Shown: positions 38,065 to 46,099 of the stretch, one piece after another | Layout: each line of letters begins with the position of its first letter | How positions within the stretch are numbered: the stretch's first letter is position 1 | NCBI GenBank assembly: GCA_041556855.1 | Contig: JBFFHS010000006.1 | Coordinates: 819 to 64,818, forward strand | Length of the DNA: 64,000 bases | Direction of reading: 5' to 3' | Origin: Gammaproteobacteria bacterium | Lineage (GTDB): Bacteria > Pseudomonadota > Gammaproteobacteria > Steroidobacterales > JBFFHS01 | Program-made: the position numbers and the translations under genes | Notes under the pieces: generated by a model | Databases searched by the model: none | The model's input: only the letters and a program-made list of their open reading frames with translations | What the model was told of the DNA's origin: nothing

Positions 38065-38529
38065 ATGTCCCGCGCGCTGACCGGCTGGTATGATCCGGGC
38101 CTCCTGGGCAGCCAGAAAGCCGAGCTGACGGGTGAGGTGGAGATCGCAGAGCTGGGGCGTTTGCGGGATCTTCTGGACTCGGTCCGCGGTGCTGTCACCG
38201 CTCGGTTTCGGTTCGATGAGCGGCCGGGACAGGGCGTGACGGTGCAGATTGATTACGAGGCGGTGTTGCGCGTGGTGTGCCAACGCTGTCTGGAACCATT
38301 TACAATAACCCTGGCCGAGCGCAGTTTGCTGGCCGTCATCGAGCCGGGCGGTTCGGAAGATTACGCGCCGGAGGGCTACGAGCCGCTGCTTTTGGAAGAA
38401 ACCAGGTTGCAGCCGGTCGCCCTGCTGGAAGACGAGTTGATTATGGCGTTGCCGCTCGTGCCGCGCCATGCCGATGAAAAGGATTGTGGCACGCTCGCCG
38501 AGCGCGTCACCGGGTTGGCCAGCGATTGA
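38065..38529 (+). CDS. yceD: YceD/DUF177 family protein (23S rRNA accumulation)
   Basis: VCQRCLEPFTITL, EGYEPLLLEE, LLEDELIMALPLVPRH; directly upstream of rpmF. Confidence 0.9.
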   Translation: MSRALTGWYDPGLLGSQKAELTGEVEIAELGRLRDLLDSVRGAVTARFRFDERPGQGVTVQIDYEAVLRVVCQRCLEPFTITLAERSLLAVIEPGGSEDYAPEGYEPLLLEETRLQPVALLEDELIMALPLVPRHADEKDCGTLAERVTGLASD

Positions 38530-38577
38530 CCTCGGCTCACAGTTCACAAGGGCGCCGAGAGCTTTAGGAGAAATGCC

Positions 38578-38766
38578 ATGGCTGTTCAAAAGAGCCGCAA
38601 GACGCCTTCCCGACGCGGTATGCGGCGGGCTCACGATGCGCTGAAAAAGCCTGCCCTGTCTATCGACCAGACTACCGGGGAGACTCACCTGCGCCACCAC
38701 ATTTCAGCGGACGGCTACTATCGTGGCCGTAAAATTGTCGAAGTGGCTCAGGACGAGGACGAATAG
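38578..38766 (+). CDS. rpmF: 50S ribosomal protein L32
   Basis: [54 protein letters not shown]. Confidence 0.98.
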   Translation: MAVQKSRKTPSRRGMRRAHDALKKPALSIDQTTGETHLRHHISADGYYRGRKIVEVAQDEDE

Positions 38767-38824
38767 TCTTCTCCGGCGGCACCTGGCCGCCCGCCAGCCA
38801 AGCCCTAATTAAGGCCGGGTTTTC

Positions 38825-39853
38825 ATGAGTCGCAAAGTCACCATTGCGCTTGACGCTATGGGGGGTGATCGTGGTTCCGCCGTCGCGGTGCCGGCGGCGT
38901 TGGCAGTCCTCGCCAAGGATGATTCGGTCAGTCTGATTCTGGTGGGGCAGAGTCATATCGTGGAGGCGGCGCGTCGTGAAGCCGGCGACGAGTACGGCAC
39001 CCGCCTGAAATTCCGCATTGCCAACGACGTGGTGTCCATGGATGAGCCGCCCCGGGAGGCGCTGCGCAAGAAAAAAGATTCATCCATGCGGGTGGCGATC
39101 GAGTTGGTGAAGGCGCAGGAGGCGGATGCCTGTGTCAGTGCCGGCAACACCGGTGCCCTGATGGCTACCGCCCGTTACGTGCTGAAGATGCTCCCGGGGA
39201 TTGACCGCCCAGCCATCATCGCGGCGGTGCCCAGCCTGACCGGGCGGACCTTCATGCTTGATCTGGGCGCTAACGTAGGTTGCAGCGCTGAGCATCTCCG
39301 TCAGTTTGCCCTGATGGGTTCTGTCGTCGCCGGCGATATCCTGGAGATCGACAATCCACGCGTGGGCCTGCTGAATATCGGTGAAGAGGACATTAAGGGC
39401 AACGAGGTTGTGCGCGAAGCCGGCGAGCTGTTGTCCCGGGGCCATCTTAACTACGTTGGTTTTGTAGAGGGGGACGACATCTTCTCAGGCATCGTCGATG
39501 TGGTGGTCAGCGATGGCTTCAGTGGCAACGTCGCGATCAAGACCATGGAGGGTCTGGCTACCGTGATCGGCACGTTTCTCAAGGAGGAATTTTCGGCTGG
39601 CGCCGTGCGGCGGCTGCAGGGTCTGATGGCGCTACCGGCTTTGAATGCGCTGCGCGCGCGGCTCGACTACCGCCGTTACAATGGTGCCAGCCTGGTTGGC
39701 TTGAATGGCATCGTCATCAAGAGTCATGGTGGGGCGGATGCCCTGGCATTTGAGATGGCTATCAACACCGCCATCGTAGAGGCTCGCAAGGGCGTACCCG
39801 TGCAGATCGGTCAACTCATCGAGGACGAAGCTTCACAATGTATTCGCGCATAG
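38825..39853 (+). CDS. plsX: Phosphate acyltransferase PlsX
   Basis: VTIALDAMGGDRGSAVAVPAALAVL; GFVEGDDIF. Confidence 0.96.
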   Translation: MSRKVTIALDAMGGDRGSAVAVPAALAVLAKDDSVSLILVGQSHIVEAARREAGDEYGTRLKFRIANDVVSMDEPPREALRKKKDSSMRVAIELVKAQEADACVSAGNTGALMATARYVLKMLPGIDRPAIIAAVPSLTGRTFMLDLGANVGCSAEHLRQFALMGSVVAGDILEIDNPRVGLLNIGEEDIKGNEVVREAGELLSRGHLNYVGFVEGDDIFSGIVDVVVSDGFSGNVAIKTMEGLATVIGTFLKEEFSAGAVRRLQGLMALPALNALRARLDYRRYNGASLVGLNGIVIKSHGGADALAFEMAINTAIVEARKGVPVQIGQLIEDEASQCIRA

Positions 39854-40800
39854 CCGGCGTCGGTCGTTATCTCCCGGAACGGGTGCTGACCAATTTCGAT
39901 CTGGAGAAGATGGTCGATACCTCCGACGAGTGGATTCGGACGCGCACGGGCATCGAGCGCCGTCATATTGCCGCGGACGATGAGACCACCAGCGACCTGG
40001 CCTACGGCGCTGCGCTCAAGGCTATTGAGGATGCGGGCGTAGACCGGTCCGAAATTGATTTCATCGTTGTCGGCACAACCACGCCGGACGTGGTGTTTCC
40101 CAACGTGGGCACCATTGTGCAGGAGCGACTGGGACTGCATGGGATGGCTGCTTTCAGCGTGGAAGCCGCCTGCAGCGGCTTTGTGTACGCGCTCAGCATT
40201 GCCGATAGCTTTGTCCGTGGCGGGCAGGCGCGCTGTGCGCTGGTTATCGGCGCGGAGACCCTGTCACGCATCACAGATTGGACGGAGCGTGAAACCTGTG
40301 TGCTGTTTGGCGACGGCGCAGGTGCGGTGATTCTCCAACCCGCCGATGAGCCCGGCATCATCTCCAGCCACCTGGGAGCTAACGGCAAATACCGAGATTT
40401 GCTCTACTTCCCCTCGGGCGCCTCAAAGCTGCCCGAGGACCCCACGACTCGGGACTATCTGAGCATGCGGGGTAACGAAGTCTTTAAAGTTGCGGTGAAG
40501 ACACTGGAGAACATGGTGGACGAGGTGCTGGCCCATAATGATCTGGAGCAGGGCGCCATCGATTGGCTGATCCCTCATCAGGCCAATATCCGTATCATCC
40601 AGGCCACCGCCAAGCGGCTAAAGCTACCCATGGAACGGGTCATCCTGACAGTACAGGATCACGGCAACACATCGGCCGCGTCTGTGCCCATGGCGTTGGA
40701 TGTGGCGGTGAAGGATGGCCGCATCCGGCGCGGCGATCTGCTGCTGCTGGAGGCTTTTGGTGGCGGATTTACCTGGGGTGCGAATCTGGTGCGTTTTTAG
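39838..40800 (+). CDS. fabH: 3-oxoacyl-ACP synthase III (KASIII)
   Basis: YSRIAGVGRYLPERVLTN, AFSVEAACSGFVYALSIAD, DWLIPHQANIRI; 16-nt overlap with plsX. Confidence 0.96.
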   Translation: MYSRIAGVGRYLPERVLTNFDLEKMVDTSDEWIRTRTGIERRHIAADDETTSDLAYGAALKAIEDAGVDRSEIDFIVVGTTTPDVVFPNVGTIVQERLGLHGMAAFSVEAACSGFVYALSIADSFVRGGQARCALVIGAETLSRITDWTERETCVLFGDGAGAVILQPADEPGIISSHLGANGKYRDLLYFPSGASKLPEDPTTRDYLSMRGNEVFKVAVKTLENMVDEVLAHNDLEQGAIDWLIPHQANIRIIQATAKRLKLPMERVILTVQDHGNTSAASVPMALDVAVKDGRIRRGDLLLLEAFGGGFTWGANLVRF

Positions 40801-40821
40801 CGCCCTGCACCAACTGCAAGT

Positions 40822-41373
40822 CTAAAATACCCCTTTGCCCCCGTGCTCGCGGTCGCGGCGTCTGCGGCGATTGGCGCGATCCAGGAGTTCTTTGCGCCGT
40901 GCCTTGATCCGCGCGGCCCGAGTAACCGCATCGCGGCCGATCTTGTGGCGCTTGTAGTAGGTCTCTCGATAATGACGGAAGTCTTCGAATGCCTCGAGGT
41001 CGTGATGCAGGTCACGAAAGATCAACTCAATCATGATAGCGTCGTCAAGGAGTCCGAGACCCGGGATCACGTCTGGGATGAGATCATCCGGATCGCAAAA
41101 ATATGCTAGCACGCTCAATACCTTATGGCGTTGCGACTTGGGCAGAGCCCAGTCCTCGTCGCGTACCATACCGATCAGCGTCTCAAGGCGGGGCAGGCGT
41201 TCGCCAATGAAGTCGGGCGCTTCATCCTTGATGATAGCGGCAAGGGCCTTTTCGGCCGCGGCCAGGATATCGTTGGTGGCAACGCCGGCGACCCGGCGGC
41301 GGGCCCGGCGCATTTCAGCTCGAAATCGCTGCAGATCCCGGGGGCCGATCTCAAAGACGACGCGAATAGTCAT
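40822..41373 (-). CDS. YkvA/DUF1232 family protein
   Basis: KVLSVLAYFCDPDDLIPDVIPGLGLLDDAIMIELIFRDLHHDLEAFEDFRHYRE; likely start M at 41373. Confidence 0.8.
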   Translation of the reverse strand: MTIRVVFEIGPRDLQRFRAEMRRARRRVAGVATNDILAAAEKALAAIIKDEAPDFIGERLPRLETLIGMVRDEDWALPKSQRHKVLSVLAYFCDPDDLIPDVIPGLGLLDDAIMIELIFRDLHHDLEAFEDFRHYRETYYKRHKIGRDAVTRAARIKARRKELLDRANRRRRRDREHGGKGVF

Positions 41374-41442
41374 GGACGGGTTCTCCTGGGGGGCGGAGCA
41401 TAGCACAGGCGCCGGGGCTCAACCTTTTTCATCTCAACTGCG

Positions 41443-41448
41443 TATAAT
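41443..41448 (+). promoter_or_regulatory. Consensus -10 element of the L,D-transpeptidase gene
   Basis: TATAAT ending 6 nt before ATG 41455; no good -35 seen. Confidence 0.4.
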
Positions 41449-41454
41449 CGGGCT

Positions 41455-42453
41455 ATGTGTATGAAAAATAAGCCTCGCTCAATGTTTCGAGTGTGCCTCC
41501 TGGCGGTGCTCAGTGGGCTCGGGGCGTGGCCGGCGGTCGCGGTTGAATTTCTGCTGCCGGACGGGCAGGCGGAACTCGTAGGTGTGGTCAGTGAGGTCGT
41601 GGCCCGCTATGAGGATACGCTGTCAGACTTGGCCCGAGCCCACGGTGTGGGTTTCGATGAGATTGCCCTGGCGAATCCGGGCGTAGATCCCTGGTTGCCG
41701 GGTGAAGGCACCGCTGTCGTTTTGCCGACCCGCTTTCTGCTGCCGCGAGCCCCCCGGGAGGGTATCGTGATCAATCTCCCGGAGTTGCGGCTTTACTACT
41801 ATCCACCGAATGACGGTGACGAGGCCCGGGTGATCACCTTTCCCATCAGCATCGGCCGCATGGACTGGAATACCCCACTGGGCCGCGCGCAAGTGGTCAG
41901 CAAGGTCACGGATCCGAGCTGGTATCCGCCGGAGTCCATTCGCGAGGAGCACGCTGCCGAAAACCGGATTTTGCCCAGGATCGTGCCGCCAGGGCCGGAC
42001 AATCCCCTGGGCCGTCATGCGATGCGGCTCAGCCTGCCGGGCTACCTGATTCATGGCACCAATCGGCCGGCTGGTGTTGGGATGCGTGTCACTCACGGGT
42101 GCATCCGGATGTATCCGGAGGATATCGCGGCCCTTTTTAAAATGATCCCAGTGGGTACATCGGTACGTATTGTCAACCAGCCCTATAAGCTGGGGTGGGG
42201 CGGCGACGGTCTTTATCTGGAGGCGCATCCGCCGCTGCATGAGGAACGGGACGATGACAAGTGGACACCCACGGCCATAACCCGGCTGTTGGTGGAGGCT
42301 ACCGCAGAGCGATCTACCCGCCTGGACTGGGATCTGGCCGAGACCGTATTTCGTACGACCTCGGGTATACCCGCCCCTATCTCAAAAGCCGAGCGCGCGG
42401 AAGCCGAGCGCAGCGATAACCGACCGCTGCAGCTGGTCGAGCTGTCCTATTAA
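41455..42453 (+). CDS. L,D-transpeptidase with LysM-like N-terminal domain
   Basis: LARAHGVGFDEIALANPGVDPWLPGEGTAVVLPTRFLLP, YLIHGTNRPAGVGMRVTHGCIRMYPEDIAALF; alternative ATG 41461. Confidence 0.92.
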   Translation: MCMKNKPRSMFRVCLLAVLSGLGAWPAVAVEFLLPDGQAELVGVVSEVVARYEDTLSDLARAHGVGFDEIALANPGVDPWLPGEGTAVVLPTRFLLPRAPREGIVINLPELRLYYYPPNDGDEARVITFPISIGRMDWNTPLGRAQVVSKVTDPSWYPPESIREEHAAENRILPRIVPPGPDNPLGRHAMRLSLPGYLIHGTNRPAGVGMRVTHGCIRMYPEDIAALFKMIPVGTSVRIVNQPYKLGWGGDGLYLEAHPPLHEERDDDKWTPTAITRLLVEATAERSTRLDWDLAETVFRTTSGIPAPISKAERAEAERSDNRPLQLVELSY

Positions 42454-42472
42454 ACACGCTCATCGCGTGGGC

Positions 42473-42509
42473 AAAAAAAAACGCCGTCGGCCTGGGCCAA
42501 CGGCGTTTT
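42473..42509 (-). terminator. Intrinsic terminator for the alanine-zipper lipoprotein gene (may act bidirectionally)
   Basis: AAAACGCCGT (42478-42487) pairs with ACGGCGTTTT (42500-42509), inner GGC/GCC extension; minus-strand side followed by 9-T tract. Confidence 0.85.
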
Positions 42510-42529
42510 GAAATCGGTATATCGGGTAG

Positions 42530-42847
42530 TTATTTCGACATCGACCTCTGGAACATGCGGTCGATCTTCTCATTAGTCGCATCACAGCAAGCCTGGCTGG
42601 CATTGGCTGCTGACAGAGCCTGATTGGCCGTGCTCTGAGCGCCGGAAGCCATCTGACGGGCTTCGTTGGCGGCCCGCTCGGCAGCACTGGCGGCACTGGC
42701 GGCGGCAGTCGCATCGCTGGCCGCTTTCTCGGCAGTGGCACGCACAGCGTCCAGTTGCTCTTGGGTGATAGTGGCACAACCTGATGCGATCGCCACGCAG
42801 GCTGTCAATGCGCCTACCTTCAAGGCGGTCTGCAGTTTGTTGGTCAT
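42530..42847 (-). CDS. Alanine-zipper outer membrane lipoprotein (Lpp/OprI-like)
   Basis: MTNKLQTALKVGALTACVAIASGCATITQEQ lipobox ASGC; ADATAAASAASAAERAANEARQMASGAQSTANQALSAAN heptad Ala pattern. Confidence 0.85.
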   Translation of the reverse strand: MTNKLQTALKVGALTACVAIASGCATITQEQLDAVRATAEKAASDATAAASAASAAERAANEARQMASGAQSTANQALSAANASQACCDATNEKIDRMFQRSMSK

Positions 42848-42883
42848 TAGCTGTTCCCCTGAGTGAGAATTGAAACGAGCGCA

Positions 42884-42912
42884 ATTATTTCCCAAAGCGG
42901 TCGCTACTGCAA
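42884..42912 (-). promoter_or_regulatory. Predicted sigma70 promoter of the lipoprotein gene
   Basis: Minus strand TTGCAG (42907-42912) - 17 nt - AATAAT (42884-42889); strong SD AGGGGA upstream of ATG. Confidence 0.5.
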
Positions 42913-43149
42913 TGAGTAGCTTCTTTGGAATCAATGTTTTGCATTTTGATCATGGGCCAGCGGGAGTGGCTTGGCAATGTGTCGTTAGCGAGCGACAGGC
43001 GCTAAGGGCAATACCGAGCTATTGACAGGGAGCAGGGCGGGGGAATTTTGCCGTGGGCAGTCTATTTCAGCACCCTTAAAAAAGGTGTGAAGCAGCGGGT
43101 ATCCAGAGATTGGGAGGTTGCGGCTGCGCTTGACGCTAAACGACGAGGG

Positions 43150-43165
43150 CTGTATATAATAACAG
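43150..43165. promoter_or_regulatory. LexA (SOS) box 1
   Basis: CTGTATATAATAACAG, exact CTGT-N8-ACAG; overlaps candidate -10. Confidence 0.93.
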
Positions 43166-43168
43166 ATA

Positions 43169-43184
43169 CTGTTAATAAGTACAG
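43169..43184. promoter_or_regulatory. LexA (SOS) box 2
   Basis: CTGTTAATAAGTACAG, exact CTGT-N8-ACAG. Confidence 0.92.
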
Positions 43185-43195
43185 GTATTGACCAG

Positions 43196-43807
43196 ATGCC
43201 GGAATTGACGCCTCGACAGAACCAAATACTTTCATTAATACAGGATGTTATAAACGAAACCGGACGTCCTCCAACGCGCGCCGAGATTGCCCAGCACCTG
43301 GGTTTTCGATCAGTGAATGCGGCCGAGGAGCATTTGCGTGCTCTGCAGCGTAAAGGCGTTTTGGAGCTGATTCCTGGCTCTTCCCGGGGGATCAAGCTCA
43401 AGGACTCGCTGCGTGAGCAGCTGGGCTTACCGTTGGTAGGTCAGGTTGCTGCCGGACAGCCGATCCTGGCGGAACAGCATATCGAGGCGCACTACCGGGT
43501 CGATCCGCAGATTTTTGCTGACAAGCCCCATTATCTGCTGCGCGTGCGGGGCATGAGTATGAAGGATGTAGGCATTCTGGATGGTGATCTGGTTGCAGTG
43601 CATCGCACACCGGAAGTGCGTAATCGTCAGATTGTCGTCGCTCGCCTTGAAGATGAAGTCACCGTCAAGCGCTACCGGCAGGAGGGGCATTGGGTCTGGT
43701 TATTGCCAGAGAATCCGGAATTTGCGCCTATCCGCGTTGATCTGCGTCAACAACCGTTAACCATCGAGGGCGTGGTTGTCGGAGTGGTTCGCGACTCGGT
43801 GATGTAA
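43196..43807 (+). CDS. lexA: LexA repressor
   Basis: [37 protein letters not shown]; AAG cleavage site GQVAAGQP; catalytic Ser GMSM and Lys VTVKRY. Confidence 0.98.
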   Translation: MPELTPRQNQILSLIQDVINETGRPPTRAEIAQHLGFRSVNAAEEHLRALQRKGVLELIPGSSRGIKLKDSLREQLGLPLVGQVAAGQPILAEQHIEAHYRVDPQIFADKPHYLLRVRGMSMKDVGILDGDLVAVHRTPEVRNRQIVVARLEDEVTVKRYRQEGHWVWLLPENPEFAPIRVDLRQQPLTIEGVVVGVVRDSVM

Positions 43808-43904
43808 TTCAGGGCGGTTTTTATGCAGAGAGTGGCTGTGACCAATGCATCAATCGGACTAAGCCCCCGCTTAACGGCCGCTCCTGCAAGTGAGGCCATC
43901 AAAA

Positions 43905-44558
43905 GTGGACATCGAAGAACTCTTACAAGATCCACGCATCTGGAGCGCTAGAACCAGCCAAATCCAGTGGCGCGGCGGCGTTCTGGCAACCGGTATCGAT
44001 CCTTTGGATAACGCTTTGCCGGGCGGCGGTTGGCCCCTGGGTGCGCTGACTGAAGTGTTCCTGGATCACTATGGGATTGGTGAGCTGAAGCTACTAATGC
44101 CGGCTTTAGCAGCTTTAAGCCGGCAGCCGACTACTGATGAAGCGTTATCCGGTTGGATCGCCTGGATTGCGCCACCGTTCGTGCCCTATGCGCCGGCACT
44201 GGCCAGCTATGGCGTGGATTTAAGTCGCGTGCTGCTGGTGCATCCCAACGCCAACGCAAAAGATTGTCTATGGGCCACAGAACAAGCGTTGCGCTCCGGT
44301 TCCTGCGCTGCCGTACTTGCCTGGGTTGACCAGGCTGACGATACCGCATTACGCCGCCTGCAACTCGCTGCGGAGGAGGGTGGATGTTGGGGCATCATCT
44401 TTCGACCTGCTCAAAGCGTCCATCAGAACTCTCCTGCCGCGTTACGGCTTAAATTGAGCGCAAGCGCTCAAGGCGTGGATGTTCAGATTTTGAAATGCAG
44501 GGGAGGCTACCCGCGCATTGTTGCTGGAATCCGGCTTTGTCCCGCAAGCGTGGATTAA
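43905..44558 (+). CDS. imuA: ImuA (RecA/SulA-like translesion synthesis accessory protein)
   Basis: WRGGVLATGIDPLDNALPGGGWPLGALTEVFLDHYGIGELKLLMPALAAL; upstream of imuB-dnaE2; possible GTG start 43905 in ORF 43890..44558. Confidence 0.88.
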   Translation: MDIEELLQDPRIWSARTSQIQWRGGVLATGIDPLDNALPGGGWPLGALTEVFLDHYGIGELKLLMPALAALSRQPTTDEALSGWIAWIAPPFVPYAPALASYGVDLSRVLLVHPNANAKDCLWATEQALRSGSCAAVLAWVDQADDTALRRLQLAAEEGGCWGIIFRPAQSVHQNSPAALRLKLSASAQGVDVQILKCRGGYPRIVAGIRLCPASVD

Positions 44559-46099
44559 GTGTTCCAGCTGGGGCCCTTTCTCTTTTCCCCGGACAGCCCA
44601 AGGCGCCCGCTGCACTTAAGTCAGCGCAGCTTAGCCTGCGTGACTCGGCTTCGGGGAAAAAACTCTGGTTGGCGCTGACCTTTCCAGATCTGCCCCTGCG
44701 AGCTCTGATCAGGCATCCCGGTGAGCCCACAGCGGTGGTTGAGACCCAGGGTGGCCAGTGCCGCATTCTGCGGTCTGATCCGTCTGCTGCCGCGCTGGGC
44801 GTTCTGCCGGGGCTCAAGCTGAACGCCGCTTATGTGCTGGTACCCCAACTGGAAGTCCATGCCCGGGAGCGACGCCGGGAAACGCGTCTGCTGGAATTTC
44901 TTGCCGGCTGGGCAAGACGTTTTACCTCTTTAGTCAGTCTGGAAAGGCCCGATGCACTGCTGCTGGAGGTGGGTGGCAGTCTGCGACTGTTCGGTGGCTT
45001 ACAGGCACTTGAGAGTCGGCTGCGGCAGAGTCTTGAGCGCTGGCAGCTGAGCTACCAACTTGCCGTAGCACCCTATTCCCGTGCTGCGCTCTGGTTGGCC
45101 CGGGGCGGCGGTTGCAGCGCGGTGTGCGCTGATCAGCTGGTGGGCAACTTGAGCACTCTGACTCTCGCCGTGACCGGCTGGTCTGAGAAACCGCTGCGGA
45201 CGCTTAAGGAAATGGGAATTACCACTGTGGGTGATTGCCTGCGACTACCCCGGGACGGCCTGGCTCGCCGGTTGGGCCCGGAATATGTGCGGGATCTGGA
45301 CCGGGCGTTGGGTAAGCATAGTGATCCGCGACTTGAATTCCGCACGCCCCAACGTCTCACCGCAACGCTGCAGTTTCCCGGAGATGTTGAGCAAGTCACC
45401 GAGTTGCAGGAAGCCAGCGAACAGCTGTTGAGGGAAATGGGTCTGGCATTGCGCGGGCGTCAGGTTGCCGTACGGGAGGTGCGGTTTACATTTCAGCATC
45501 TGCATCACGGGTCCACGGTGACGCGCATCGCGACTTTGGAGCCCAGTTTTTCCACCGCCCGCTTTGCACGGCTGCTCAAAGACAGGTTGGAACAGATCAT
45601 ATTACCCGCACCGGTCATCGCGCTGAGCCTGCGCACCTCCCGCCTGGAGCCGCTGAAGCCCGCTACTGGCCAGTTGTTTAGTCAGCCTGACGGTCGCCGC
45701 TCTGCTGATACGGCAGAGCTCATCGAGTGTCTGCGCAATCGTTTTGGTGCAGAGGCTGTTTACGGATTGTGTCTGGTGCCGGAACATCGCCCCGAGTCGG
45801 CCTGGGCGAAGGTGGATGAAGATCTGGGCCGGGCAGCGCTGGTGCCGCAGGTCAACCTCAGCCGGCCACTGTGGATGCTGCAAAAGCCTGTGCCCTTGGT
45901 AGTGTCTTCGGACGGACCCTGTTACGAGGGTGCGCTGTCGCTTAAGCAGGGGCCGGAGCGTATCGAGACCGGTTGGTGGGACGGCCGCGATGTGGCCAGA
46001 GACTACTATCACGCCCGCAACCCGGTCGGTATGGATCTTTGGATTTATCGCCAGCGACGCGGTCGTCGGGGCTGGTATTTACATGGCATCTTCGGCTAG
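44495..46099 (+). CDS. imuB: ImuB, Y-family polymerase-like protein
   Basis: LWLALTFPDLPLRALI (ImuB-type, catalytic acidic motif replaced), helix-hairpin LKEMGITTVGDCLRLPRDGLARRLG, C-terminal ARDYYHARNPVGMDLWIYRQ. Confidence 0.9.
   Translation: MQGRLPAHCCWNPALSRKRGLSVPAGALSLFPGQPKAPAALKSAQLSLRDSASGKKLWLALTFPDLPLRALIRHPGEPTAVVETQGGQCRILRSDPSAAALGVLPGLKLNAAYVLVPQLEVHARERRRETRLLEFLAGWARRFTSLVSLERPDALLLEVGGSLRLFGGLQALESRLRQSLERWQLSYQLAVAPYSRAALWLARGGGCSAVCADQLVGNLSTLTLAVTGWSEKPLRTLKEMGITTVGDCLRLPRDGLARRLGPEYVRDLDRALGKHSDPRLEFRTPQRLTATLQFPGDVEQVTELQEASEQLLREMGLALRGRQVAVREVRFTFQHLHHGSTVTRIATLEPSFSTARFARLLKDRLEQIILPAPVIALSLRTSRLEPLKPATGQLFSQPDGRRSADTAELIECLRNRFGAEAVYGLCLVPEHRPESAWAKVDEDLGRAALVPQVNLSRPLWMLQKPVPLVVSSDGPCYEGALSLKQGPERIETGWWDGRDVARDYYHARNPVGMDLWIYRQRRGRRGWYLHGIFG

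Noticed and set aside
42985-43401. 138-aa minus-strand ORF spanning the lexA promoter
   Set aside because: Antisense to the conserved LexA DNA-binding domain and the SOS boxes; no supporting features.
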